From the IMG/VR virus record IMGVR_UViG_3300025132_007876: 64,000 nt of DNA; one strand, given 5' to 3'. Under the pieces are notes generated by a model that worked only from the letters and a program-made list of their open reading frames with translations, made no database searches and was not told where the DNA came from. This stretch comes from an uncultured virus (IMG/VR IMGVR_UViG_3300025132_007876) (taxonomy: Duplodnaviria; Heunggongvirae; Uroviricota; Caudoviricetes). A program made the position numbers and the translations under genes. Below are positions 1 to 8,501 of this stretch, piece by piece (positions within the stretch are counted from its first letter, which is position 1; each line of letters opens with the position of its first letter).

Positions 1-1
1 A

Positions 2-100
2 GGTTTCTGGAATAGTGATGTGGATGGAACATTATATGTTGAAGTTTATTTGAATAACGACATTGATAGTTGGCAGCATTGGGAATTGGAGGTAGTATGA
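2..100 (+). CDS. Partial small protein ending ...WELEVV (mini-gene array member, 5' end outside window)
   Basis: Open frame 2-100 ends in the same TTGGAGGTAGTATGA junction as the following genes. Confidence 0.7.
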   Translation, partial: GFWNSDVDGTLYVEVYLNNDIDSWQHWELEVV

Positions 101-237
101 AAGTAGGCGATTTAGTGAAGGCACGCCCTTGTGGATCACTCGGAGTAGTAGTCGATAAACAGCACAGGCAAGTGCAATGTGTGTGGTACGATGGTGATGT
201 ATCGTGGTGCTTAGAGCATTATTTGGAGGTAGTATGA
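97..237 (+). CDS. 46-aa MKVGDLV-family small protein (KOW/SH3-like beta barrel inferred)
   Basis: MKVGDLVKARPCGSLGVVV...VWYDGDVSWCLEHYLEVV; GGAGG SD; ATGA overlap; below ORF-track cutoff. Confidence 0.8.
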   Translation: MKVGDLVKARPCGSLGVVVDKQHRQVQCVWYDGDVSWCLEHYLEVV

Positions 238-428
238 AAGTAGGCGATTTAGTAAAGCATAGTGATTCTGGCGGGACCCCGATATACGGCATTATAACTG
301 AAGAGAAGGCTGTGCACAAGACCGCAGCGAATTGGCCACATAAACAATATCCCATTACAAAGTATCGTGTTGAGTGGGCTTATGGCGACTGGGGATGGTT
401 TTTTCAACATAATTTGGAGGTAGTATGA
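234..428 (+). CDS. MKVGDLV-family small protein
   Basis: Start moved to ATG234 (GGAGG SD, ATGA overlap); MKVGDLVK...GII...VEW...LEVV. Confidence 0.8.
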   Translation: MKVGDLVKHSDSGGTPIYGIITEEKAVHKTAANWPHKQYPITKYRVEWAYGDWGWFFQHNLEVV

Positions 429-640
429 AAGTAGGCGATTTAGTACAATTATCGTCGTATGGCGAAAACAGACAGCACAACGCAGATTGTTATGGCGGCT
501 GGGGCTTTGTAAAGGAAGTGTATAAGGGCAATTCAAAGTATCCTATTTTAGCACACTGGTATAAGGCGAATGGTTCGGAGCTTAGTTCCATGCGATTCCA
601 CCCCAGAGAACTAAAAAGATTCAAAACGGACAAAAAATGA
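425..640 (+). CDS. MKVGDLV-family small protein
   Basis: Same junction repeat; MKVGDLVQL...GFV...HW. Confidence 0.8.
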   Translation: MKVGDLVQLSSYGENRQHNADCYGGWGFVKEVYKGNSKYPILAHWYKANGSELSSMRFHPRELKRFKTDKK

Positions 641-670
641 CCTTTACAAATTGAATGAGTAGGTTATATT
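628..670 (+). promoter_or_regulatory. Early promoter cassette 1: GGACA-N5-TGACC + TTTACA...TATATT
   Basis: Motif recurring 12 times in 0.6-9.6 kb. Confidence 0.8.
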
Positions 671-695
671 ATAAACATCAACAACGGAGAGTAAC

Positions 696-863
696 ATGAA
701 AGCAGGCGACTTAGTAAGATCTTATCTTGGCAACACAGCATTGGTCGTTAGGGCCTATAGGCTTAACACGGGACTTAAAAAAGAATTGTTCGTGGATGTG
801 CAATGGTGTGACACCGGACTTATTAAGCAATGTTATCAAGCTGCTAACTTCACAAAAATCTAA
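696..863 (+). CDS. 55-aa MKAGDLV-family small protein
   Basis: CGGAGAG SD; MKAGDLVRSYLGNTALVV...VDVQW. Confidence 0.75.
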   Translation: MKAGDLVRSYLGNTALVVRAYRLNTGLKKELFVDVQWCDTGLIKQCYQAANFTKI

Positions 864-865
864 AC

Positions 866-909
866 GGACATTTTTTGTCCTTTACAAATATCCAAAACCT
901 AATTACATT
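866..909 (+). promoter_or_regulatory. Early promoter cassette 2: GGACATTTTTTGTCC + TTTACA-N17-TACATT
   Basis: Recurrent motif. Confidence 0.8.
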
Positions 910-958
910 ATAAACATCAAAACAACAAACCCCAACTAACTAACAACGGAGTCCTATC

Positions 959-2011
959 ATGGCTATTGATTTTCGCACCTTCAACTCTATCATCAATCCA
1001 ATCCTTTCCGCCAAATACCCTGTACTTATTCGTGGTCGTCACGGTATCGGTAAATCTGAACTTGTCTATCAGACTGCCAAAGACTTAGGGCTACCAGTAG
1101 TCGAGCGTCGTGCTTCACAAATGACCGAAGGTGACTTACTTGGCTTGCCAAAAGTCGAGAAAGGAATCACTAAGTGGCTTGCTCCAGAATGGCTGCATAC
1201 CGCTTGCACAAAGCCAGTAGTCTTATTCTTAGATGAGGTCGATCGTGCCACAATGGAAGTACGACAAGGTATCTTTGAGCTATGCGATAGCCGTAAAATT
1301 GCTGGTCAGACCCTTCACCCTGATACCCTTATCTTTGCTGCTGTCAATGGTGGTGAGCATGGAGCCCAGTATCAAGTCGGTGAGATGGACCCCGCAGAGC
1401 TTGACCGCTACACTGTGTTCGATGTCGAGCCAACCGTAGAAGACTGGCTTGATTGGGCTAAAGACAAGGTATCAACTGAAGTCTGGGACTTCATCAACCA
1501 GAACCATGCCCATCTTGAGCACAAAGATGAGTATGAGCCTAACAAAGTCTATCCTTCTCGTCGCTCATGGGTTCGTTTCAACAAAGCGGTGTCACAGCTT
1601 CCAGCTATCGAGAACGGTACTACCCTATACCACTTGGCCAACGCCTTTGTCGGTATGGAGGCTGCTGTTGCTCTAAATGACTTCATCAAAAATTACAAGC
1701 GTCAAGTCACTGTCAAGGATGTCATTGATGATGGTAAGCTAAACTTAGTCAAGGACTTCGCTAACAACGAACATCTCTCCCTTATCGAGAAGATGAAAGC
1801 AGAGAATCTCTTCTCTGAACCGATGACCCCAACCCAGTTACAGAATCTCGCAGAATATTTCGTATCCTTGCCAAGTGAGATTGCAATGACTATCTGGACC
1901 CATATTGGCAAGGCTAAATGTCAGGAAAACATTGCCGGATTTCACGGTACTGTCACAAAAGATGGCACTAAAGTGAATATGCACATTGTTGAACTTATGA
2001 ACCGTAAATAA
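959..2011 (+). CDS. MoxR-like AAA+ ATPase
   Basis: Walker A GRHGIGKS, Walker B LFLDEVDRA, sensor AVN, MDPAELDRY, PSRRSW. Confidence 0.9.
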   Translation: MAIDFRTFNSIINPILSAKYPVLIRGRHGIGKSELVYQTAKDLGLPVVERRASQMTEGDLLGLPKVEKGITKWLAPEWLHTACTKPVVLFLDEVDRATMEVRQGIFELCDSRKIAGQTLHPDTLIFAAVNGGEHGAQYQVGEMDPAELDRYTVFDVEPTVEDWLDWAKDKVSTEVWDFINQNHAHLEHKDEYEPNKVYPSRRSWVRFNKAVSQLPAIENGTTLYHLANAFVGMEAAVALNDFIKNYKRQVTVKDVIDDGKLNLVKDFANNEHLSLIEKMKAENLFSEPMTPTQLQNLAEYFVSLPSEIAMTIWTHIGKAKCQENIAGFHGTVTKDGTKVNMHIVELMNRK

Positions 2012-2024
2012 TTGAGGTGGAACC

Positions 2025-2234
2025 ATGAAAGTATTTGTACCAGAACTTACAACTTTATACACAAGAACAGTATTTAATAAATCAAAAGGTTATAAAAACA
2101 AACGAAGGTCCGAGAATCCCATAGCCGTTGCCCATCAAAAGCGTGGCGGTGCGGGTGCTGGTCTTCATCGTGATAAAAAGAAAGAGCAAAACCGTCGTGC
2201 ATGTCGAGGTAGAATCAAAGCGGACAATTTTTGA
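2025..2234 (+). CDS. Small basic hypothetical protein
   Basis: GAGG SD; K/R-rich, NPIA...GAGLHRDKKK. Confidence 0.7.
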   Translation: MKVFVPELTTLYTRTVFNKSKGYKNKRRSENPIAVAHQKRGGAGAGLHRDKKKEQNRRACRGRIKADNF

Positions 2235-2264
2235 CCTTTACAATCTAACTCAATGGGTTATATT
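2222..2264 (+). promoter_or_regulatory. Early promoter cassette 3
   Basis: GGACAATTTTTGACC TTTACA...TATATT. Confidence 0.8.
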
Positions 2265-2289
2265 ATAAACATCAACAACGGAGATAAAC

Positions 2290-3495
2290 ATGACAGATAA
2301 GAAACCATTCGATCTAAACCAGCATACTTTCGCTCTATTGCGACAAGAGCCGTTCTTTGCTGCTCTTTCAAGGCGGATTACCAAGTATGCTACCAATGCT
2401 ATCCCCACCGCTGGTGTCAAGCTAAACAAGGATACAGCACAGTTCGAGATGATATATAACCCTGAATTTCTTTCAAAGCTCACAGATACCGAACTTGCTG
2501 GTGTAATGAAGCATGAGTTCTATCATATCATTTTTGAGCATGTGACTGGTAGACTACCACCGGAGGGTATGTCTATGATGTGGAATGTAGCGACCGACTT
2601 GGCTATCAATAGCCACCTCGTCAATGAACTCCCAGAAGGTGCTCTTATTCCCGGCCAAGACAGGTTTGAGAAGTACCCAAAGGGCAAATCCGCAGAGTGG
2701 TACTTTTCAGAATTGCAAAACGACCCTGATATGCAGCCTGACGATGGCGAAGGTCAGGGCGAAGGCGATAGCGATGGAGAGTCCGGAGGTCAAGGATCTG
2801 GTACTCCACAACCACTCGATGACCACAGCGGCTGGGGCGAAGCAGATGCAGAGACCAAAGCTATGGCCAAAGAACGATTGCGTCAAGCTGTTGAGGATGC
2901 CGCCAAAGAAGCCAGTAGTCGTGGCTCTTGGGGCACTGTATCTTCTGAGATGCGTAAGAAGATTATGGACATGGTTAATCCTAAAGTCGATTGGCGCAAA
3001 GTGCTTCGTTACTTCATCAAGACCTCACAAAAATCCAACAAACGTAGTACTGTCCGCAGAATCAACAAGCGATTCCCCTACATCCATGCTGGTAAGAAGG
3101 TATCCAGAACAGCTAAGATAGCTATCTCTATCGACCAGTCTGGCAGTGTTAGCGATGGTATGCTGGCAGCGTTCTTTGCAGAGCTTGGCGGTTTGGCTAA
3201 GTATGCGGAATTCACGGTAGTCCCATTCGATACAGAGGTAGGTGAAGAGCATGTCTATGTATGGAAAAAAGGAAAACGAAACACTTGGGATAGGGTACTG
3301 TGCGGTGGTACTTGCTTCAATGCCCCCACAAAGTGGGTAAATGAGCGAGATTTCGATGGTCACATCATTCTAACCGATATGTGTGCTCCAAAGCCCATAC
3401 CATCGAAGTGCCAGCGTATGTGGATGACCGATACAGACGGCAAAAACAGCCAATACTTCACGACTAACGAAAGAGTGATAGTCATAGAGCCCTAA
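2290..3495 (+). CDS. DUF2201-type metallopeptidase-like plus vWA-like protein (likely partner of the AAA+ ATPase)
   Basis: HEFYH zinc motif, WNVATDLAIN, acidic Gly linker, DDH..W, MIDAS-like IDQSGS, GGT.F, ILTD. Confidence 0.85.
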   Translation: MTDKKPFDLNQHTFALLRQEPFFAALSRRITKYATNAIPTAGVKLNKDTAQFEMIYNPEFLSKLTDTELAGVMKHEFYHIIFEHVTGRLPPEGMSMMWNVATDLAINSHLVNELPEGALIPGQDRFEKYPKGKSAEWYFSELQNDPDMQPDDGEGQGEGDSDGESGGQGSGTPQPLDDHSGWGEADAETKAMAKERLRQAVEDAAKEASSRGSWGTVSSEMRKKIMDMVNPKVDWRKVLRYFIKTSQKSNKRSTVRRINKRFPYIHAGKKVSRTAKIAISIDQSGSVSDGMLAAFFAELGGLAKYAEFTVVPFDTEVGEEHVYVWKKGKRNTWDRVLCGGTCFNAPTKWVNERDFDGHIILTDMCAPKPIPSKCQRMWMTDTDGKNSQYFTTNERVIVIEP

Positions 3496-3747
3496 GCCCC
3501 TAAACGCTCATTTTGGCCCCTTTATGAACGCCTATGGCGTAAGGATAAACTATGTTTAATACAATCAACAATACCAATTACAGACTACAACTGGAACTTA
3601 TTAGAAGACGAATGGCAAATAATAAGGTTAAACCCATAGAACCAACAGATATACATACAGAGGTTAATGATGAAAATAAAGAACGCAATACGCAGAAGCA
3701 GAGCAAATAGCGAGTGGTACGCACAAAGCAACGACCGAGATCTAAAC

Positions 3748-3791
3748 GGACAGAATTTGTCCTTTACAAAACAAACTAAACGAGATAAGTT
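3748..3791 (+). promoter_or_regulatory. Early promoter cassette 4
   Basis: GGACAGAATTTGTCC TTTACA; -10 degenerate. Confidence 0.65.
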
Positions 3792-3819
3792 ATTAATACC
3801 CAACAAACGAGAGGTAAAT

Positions 3820-4050
3820 ATGCAAATAATCGAAGCCAAACTAAATCAAAATGGAGTTCCCGTAGGGAGAGCACATGTCCAGCACAACGGTAATTTCTAC
3901 ATTGTGAGCGAATCAAGTGTTAGAGGGCTGGAAACCCTGATATTCCGTGCAGATGCTGCTGGTAACGTCACAGACTATATTGAAGTTGGCGGTGGCACTG
4001 GGATAACACTTCAAGAGGTGTTAGCTAACTTTGAAAGCGAGTTATTCTAA
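3820..4050 (+). CDS. Hypothetical early protein
   Basis: Start moved to ATG3820 (GAGG SD downstream of cassette 4). Confidence 0.7.
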   Translation: MQIIEAKLNQNGVPVGRAHVQHNGNFYIVSESSVRGLETLIFRADAAGNVTDYIEVGGGTGITLQEVLANFESELF

Positions 4051-4052
4051 GA

Positions 4053-4095
4053 GGACATTTTTTGTCCTTTACAAATCAACTCAACAGGTTACATT
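4053..4095 (+). promoter_or_regulatory. Early promoter cassette 5
   Basis: GGACATTTTTTGTCC TTTACA...TACATT. Confidence 0.8.
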
Positions 4096-4119
4096 ATAAA
4101 CATCACAAAGGAGAGCAAC

Positions 4120-4275
4120 ATGAAACCATTCGTATCCATAACCATTCTTAACCATGATGATGAAACAACCGAAACCCTGACCCTTGAAGAGTTTGTTAAG
4201 CGATTCAATAATGAACAAATGTCAGACGCTGTTTTTTCGGTTCTGTCTGTGACCTATCCAAATACAGCTAAATAA
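4120..4275 (+). CDS. 51-aa hypothetical protein
   Basis: AAGGAG SD after cassette 5; MKPFVSITILNHDDE... Confidence 0.65.
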   Translation: MKPFVSITILNHDDETTETLTLEEFVKRFNNEQMSDAVFSVLSVTYPNTAK

Positions 4276-4325
4276 CCTTACTAACCTACTACCCACACCC
4301 TATACCCTACACATCGGAGATATAC

Positions 4326-4703
4326 ATGAGTATACAAGCTAAACGACAAGAGATTATTGACTTCGCCAAAGACCGCATCCAAGAGATCTATGACTATGAC
4401 AAAGACAAGGTAACAAGTGATGATATTGGTGATTTGCACCACGAGATATTCAACACAGACTATTACATAATTGGCCGCTATCAGGCTAAAGAATGGTTAG
4501 GCTCGGATGCTTTTGATTGCATCTATGAGATACAAGAGTATGAGAATATACACTTTGGTAGTGTGACAACTGACTTATCAGAGCCTGAAAAGGTTGTCAA
4601 TATGTATGTTTATGCCGTAGGCTGGGAAATCTTAGAAGATGTTGTTACCGAGTTCTTAGAAGAGAGGGAAGAGGAAGACAGCGATGAAGAGGAAGCTTCT
4701 TAG
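4326..4703 (+). CDS. Very acidic protein, Ocr (T7 gp0.3)-like putative DNA mimic/antirestriction protein
   Basis: 125 aa, D/E-rich, DDIGDLHHEIF and EFLEEREEEDSDEEE tail, early location. Confidence 0.55.
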   Translation: MSIQAKRQEIIDFAKDRIQEIYDYDKDKVTSDDIGDLHHEIFNTDYYIIGRYQAKEWLGSDAFDCIYEIQEYENIHFGSVTTDLSEPEKVVNMYVYAVGWEILEDVVTEFLEEREEEDSDEEEAS

Positions 4704-4708
4704 AAAAC

Positions 4709-4752
4709 GGACACAATTTGTCCTCGACAACTACCCCACCACAGGCTATATT
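4709..4752 (+). promoter_or_regulatory. Early promoter cassette 6
   Basis: GGACACAATTTGTCC TCGACA-N17-TATATT. Confidence 0.8.
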
Positions 4753-4780
4753 ATAAGCATAACCAACAACTGGAGCTAAC

Positions 4781-4987
4781 ATGAAACACTTTGCTTTGCT
4801 ACTTATAACCCTTTTTGTCCCTTCCGCCATCGCCAAAGAGCAGCCAACCCCACCACAAGCTGTGGTGATAACTCTCGACGACGAGGCCACTTTCGAGTAC
4901 TTACCCTCCGTTGAGGTGTCGATAGACAGCGACAGTATTGAAGTCGTGTCATGCTACGATCTCGACTGCGTAGAGCGAAATTACTAA
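4781..4987 (+). CDS. Small exported protein
   Basis: Signal peptide MKHFALLLITLFVPSAIA; GGAG SD. Confidence 0.7.
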   Translation: MKHFALLLITLFVPSAIAKEQPTPPQAVVITLDDEATFEYLPSVEVSIDSDSIEVVSCYDLDCVERNY

Positions 4988-4989
4988 CC

Positions 4990-5032
4990 GGACATTTTTT
5001 GTCCTTTACAAATTAACTCAATCAGTTATATT
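4990..5032 (+). promoter_or_regulatory. Early promoter cassette 7
   Basis: GGACATTTTTTGTCC TTTACA...TATATT. Confidence 0.8.
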
Positions 5033-5061
5033 ACTAACATCACCCCGACAATGGAGCTTAA

Positions 5062-5268
5062 ATGAGCAACGAAAAAAACAATCAATGGCGACAAGACGAA
5101 TCAATCGCAATAAGACGAGCAAAACGCATTGCCCGCAACCTTGAGCAGCTTATGTTCGTTATCTATAACAATGAGGAAGACCGTTACGAGATAGTCAATG
5201 AGAAAGAGCTTTATCACCTCATTGAAGAATTCGATCTTGACATGGACATTGTAGCGGAGATTGATTAA
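5062..5268 (+). CDS. Hypothetical early protein
   Basis: GGAG SD after cassette 7. Confidence 0.7.
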   Translation: MSNEKNNQWRQDESIAIRRAKRIARNLEQLMFVIYNNEEDRYEIVNEKELYHLIEEFDLDMDIVAEID

Positions 5269-5461
5269 TGAATAAGGGATTTATGATTGATTTGTTTAAC
5301 GCTCTCATGTTTATGGCCATAATCTGGCTCTTGATGTTTTTATAAGGAGACCCAACTATGAAAAAAGACCGAATAAAAGAGACTATGGAAGACTTGGCAA
5401 TTATATTTTTGTGCTTTGTTATATTAGGATTTTGCTTCATATTCGCCCTTCCAAGCTAACC

Positions 5462-5505
5462 GGACATTTTTTGTCCTCGACAACTACTACCCTACAGGCT
5501 ATATT
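5462..5505 (+). promoter_or_regulatory. Early promoter cassette 8
   Basis: GGACATTTTTTGTCC TCGACA-N17-TATATT. Confidence 0.8.
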
Positions 5506-5535
5506 ATAAACATCACCAACGACAACGGAGTTCAA

Positions 5536-5958
5536 ATGAAAGTAGGCGATATTATTCAACTCAAACGATACCCACAAAACGGCAAGTTCAAGGTCGTCGA
5601 GGTATGCAACCGTAAGCAGGGAATAACAGAGATAGTGTTTCACCCTGTTGATCGAAGCGATAAGTGGTCTGCTGGCTGGGCTCGATATTACGATGTGGTT
5701 GAATCCATTGACGATGCCACAGAGCAAGCGGCTAAGGAAGTACAAGAAGCAGTTGAGGCTGTCACCGCATTTGTAAAGGCTCGCCCTGCGCTTATCATCA
5801 AGCCAAATAGCCCAACAGCAAAGCTGTTACAGCCCCTTAAAGATGAGCTATTTTGGAAGCTGCACAGATTTTATACTTTGGCTGGTGTTGCGAACGCCAC
5901 GACAGAGGCACGATACGCTTGTGAGAGCACTGTTGACCAAATTTGCATCATAGGATAG
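5536..5958 (+). CDS. Protein with N-terminal MKVGDII domain and C-terminal extension
   Basis: Starts ATGAAAGTAGGCGAT as in the array at 97-640. Confidence 0.75.
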   Translation: MKVGDIIQLKRYPQNGKFKVVEVCNRKQGITEIVFHPVDRSDKWSAGWARYYDVVESIDDATEQAAKEVQEAVEAVTAFVKARPALIIKPNSPTAKLLQPLKDELFWKLHRFYTLAGVANATTEARYACESTVDQICIIG

Positions 5959-5967
5959 GAGGAAAAT

Positions 5968-6126
5968 ATGGAAACCAAACTTGAAAAGCTATATAAGAGA
6001 GAAGGCGAACTTGTCTACCAAATAAACAGTATCGCCAGATGGTCAGGGCTTGGGTTTTGCGTAGGCGAACTATTGGAACTCAAAGAAATTCGTGAGCAGA
6101 TCGCTGCACTGAAGGCCCAAGACTGA
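5968..6126 (+). CDS. 52-aa hypothetical protein
   Basis: AGGAGG SD; METKLEKLYKRE... Confidence 0.65.
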   Translation: METKLEKLYKREGELVYQINSIARWSGLGFCVGELLELKEIREQIAALKAQD

Positions 6127-6130
6127 AAAC

Positions 6131-6173
6131 GGACATTTTTTGTCCTTTACAATATGACTGAATAGGTTATATT
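6131..6173 (+). promoter_or_regulatory. Early promoter cassette 9
   Basis: GGACATTTTTTGTCC TTTACA...TATATT. Confidence 0.8.
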
Positions 6174-6236
6174 ATATACATGAAAGACAAACTTTCCCTT
6201 TTCATTTTCCTTCTTTCCCTTATCGGAGTTTTACTT

Positions 6237-6920
6237 ATGGCTATTACTTATCGCACCGGAACCTATCCAAACCAAACCGTCACTCGAATCACTCATGTCG
6301 GCTGTGTTATCGAAAAGACCACAGCAGAATTTCGTGCCATGTCTGATGTATATACCACAGCGGATTACGCCACTGTCTGGTTGCCTGAAGAGCAAACCAC
6401 TAAGCACATCAGAGTCAACATCAATTACATGGGCTGTGATGAGCACGGCCATATCGAGCCTGACATCGGTAAAGGCGACTACGCAGAAGACTACGAGATC
6501 TGGCTTCTTATTCAAGAGGACATCACAAGAGAGCGTGAAGAGAAGGAACGCAAAGAGTACGAACGTCGTGAGCTTAAGCGCAGAGCAGAAGAGGCCAGAG
6601 ATAATTGTCTCGAAGTTGTCAAGGGTTGCCAAGTCAAGGTATTCGGAGGCCGTAAGGTTGCCAAAGGCACAGAGGGCAAGGTGTTCTATGTTAGAGACTC
6701 TTGTTACGGAACCAAGATAGGCTTTGAGGATGCGGATGGAACGGCACACTGGACTTATGCTCACAACGTATGCGTCAAGCTTGATGGCCTTGACTACAAA
6801 GAGGAACCAGCAGAAGGCTGGATAGCACGATGGGATGCTATCTATACCAAGCGAAAAGCCGCTTATGAAGCTAAACTTATCGAACGCCACAATGACAGCC
6901 TTATGCAGCAATTGCGATAA
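6237..6920 (+). CDS. Hypothetical phage protein with coiled coil and SH3-like C-terminal part
   Basis: Start moved to ATG6237 (CGGAG SD); KGCQVKVFGGRKVAKGTEGKVF motif. Confidence 0.75.
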   Translation: MAITYRTGTYPNQTVTRITHVGCVIEKTTAEFRAMSDVYTTADYATVWLPEEQTTKHIRVNINYMGCDEHGHIEPDIGKGDYAEDYEIWLLIQEDITREREEKERKEYERRELKRRAEEARDNCLEVVKGCQVKVFGGRKVAKGTEGKVFYVRDSCYGTKIGFEDADGTAHWTYAHNVCVKLDGLDYKEEPAEGWIARWDAIYTKRKAAYEAKLIERHNDSLMQQLR

Positions 6921-6942
6921 CCAACCATAGGAGACCAACAAT

Positions 6943-7137
6943 ATGATACGAGTTAAACACGAGTACTTAGATGACCTGATAGACGACTTTCATTCTAAAT
7001 CTGACTTCTTTATTGTATGCTCAAACTTGAAAGTCAAGCCCCAAGACTTCTTACATATCATTCACCTGACAGGCGAATACGTTGCAACCAAGTGGGTCAA
7101 TGGAATTGGCACTGTAAAGACAACCTACACCTTATAA
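6943..7137 (+). CDS. Hypothetical protein
   Basis: AGGAG SD. Confidence 0.65.
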   Translation: MIRVKHEYLDDLIDDFHSKSDFFIVCSNLKVKPQDFLHIIHLTGEYVATKWVNGIGTVKTTYTL

Positions 7138-7149
7138 TCGGAGATCATC

Positions 7150-7317
7150 ATGGAAACATCAAAACCAACAACCCTTGAAAATGCCCAGAGCTTCGCCCTT
7201 CACTTTTATGGCAGCATTGGATTGCATAGAGCACTACAAGAAGCCCAAGACAAGGAAGTTCTCCTGTCTGCGATTGCGGAGGCACTATTGAAACACCCAA
7301 CACCAGCGGAAGCATAG
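7150..7317 (+). CDS. 55-aa hypothetical protein
   Basis: CGGAG SD; fills gap between neighbouring genes. Confidence 0.6.
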   Translation: METSKPTTLENAQSFALHFYGSIGLHRALQEAQDKEVLLSAIAEALLKHPTPAEA

Positions 7318-7331
7318 GAGGAATTGAGACC

Positions 7332-7682
7332 ATGAAAAAAGGATTTTATTTTGTTGTAGTGAATGACCGTGACAAGAACGGTGAGCTATACATGAAGCCA
7401 GAGTTAAAGGAAGGATCTTATGAGTATCACGGGAAGCTATTGGTTCATCGCTGTGTTGATTGGTCAGGATGGGCAAACCACTGGAAGGTTAGCCATATAG
7501 ATAGCGGTAGCAATATCGCCTCTGATAAGACACTGAAGAGAGCCCGTGAGATTGCCAAAGGATTGCAAGGATTCAAGCTATGGGAACTAAAGGACCACAA
7601 GGCCCTACAAGAAGCGGTTGCCTGTCCTTCCAATGCAGACCAAGTGGATAAAATAAAAAGAGTGTTAGGGTTATTGGCATGA
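7332..7682 (+). CDS. Hypothetical protein
   Basis: AGGAGG SD; WKVSHIDSG motif. Confidence 0.7.
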   Translation: MKKGFYFVVVNDRDKNGELYMKPELKEGSYEYHGKLLVHRCVDWSGWANHWKVSHIDSGSNIASDKTLKRAREIAKGLQGFKLWELKDHKALQEAVACPSNADQVDKIKRVLGLLA

Positions 7683-7891
7683 GAGTATTAGATGAGGGAA
7701 CCATAGAAGCATGTAAAGAAGGAAGTCTGTTATACTTCCCCAGTGGTAAGGCGGTATGTGTGTTAGTCTCTAAGGAGTATATAAGGCTAAAGGGTTTTAG
7801 TGAGAGGTATTGGTTCTGGTCTTTAGGAGTACTAACCACAGAAGGGAACTATTGTGATATTGAGTTAGGCGAGTATGATTTATTTTTTTAA
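7679..7891 (+). CDS. Hypothetical protein
   Basis: ATGA overlap with upstream gene. Confidence 0.55.
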   Translation: MRVLDEGTIEACKEGSLLYFPSGKAVCVLVSKEYIRLKGFSERYWFWSLGVLTTEGNYCDIELGEYDLFF

Positions 7892-8342
7892 TCTCTACTA
7901 CTCCCCTGTATGCCCTATCCATTCCCTACTACGCCCCTACCCTCATACCCTACGCCCCTATGAGCTAAAACGCTTGTTTTCGCACGTTTTCATGCGCTTG
8001 TGTGCGTCTGTGGGATATGCGTTGCACACTGGCCTGTATTATTGCATGTAAGGCGTGTGGTGTCCTATGCAGGTTGTGTGTAGGCGTATGTGTGTATGTA
8101 GGTATCAGGCCCATTTAGGCAGAAAAGTCAAGGAAAATAGTGTTTTTTTGCTGTTTTTTGACATATATTTGTGGTTGTTGTTGCATTTTGTTCATGTGCG
8201 TACTATGTACATGAGAGCGTGTATGATGTCCATAGCTGTCCGCATAAAGGAAAGCACAATAAGACATGTGGATGGAAAGCCCACAGAATCGGATCAACAG
8301 CACAATGAGTTATTATACCGCTTAAACAATACAATATAGACT

Positions 8343-8389
8343 AAGCACCTCGATTCCCTATGTTACGAAAGGTTGAGTCGAGGGCTTTT
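8343..8389 (+). terminator. Hairpin followed by short T run (terminator-like)
   Basis: AAGC(A)CCTCGATTC...GAGTCGAGGGCTT then TT. Confidence 0.5.
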
Positions 8390-8501
8390 GTGCGTGTAAC
8401 ACATGACACGTGCACGTATACATGAGGCGCACATGATGTTACGAAGTAACATATCGTGACAGGTGTGTCACGGATTCCGGAGGAATCGATCGAATTTCAA
8501 A

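Larger units (their letters stand above)
86..444 (+). repeat. Three exact 31-bp repeats TTGGAGGTAGTATGAAAGTAGGCGATTTAGT (86-116, 223-253, 414-444)
   Basis: Read directly; each spans stop, SD and start of adjacent mini-genes. Confidence 0.95.

Noticed and set aside
86..444. CRISPR array
   Set aside because: Spacers are 106-160 bp and coding; the repeat is a stop/SD/start junction
2025..2234. ArfA-like ribosome rescue factor
   Set aside because: Small and basic but lacks the KGKGS motif
6231..6941. 236-aa minus-strand ORF and the many other antisense ORFs in the track
   Set aside because: They shadow better-supported genes, have no SD or motifs, and are expected from codon bias
8055..8339. 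ORFs within the non-coding gap
   Set aside because: No SD, low-complexity composition, no recognisable motif
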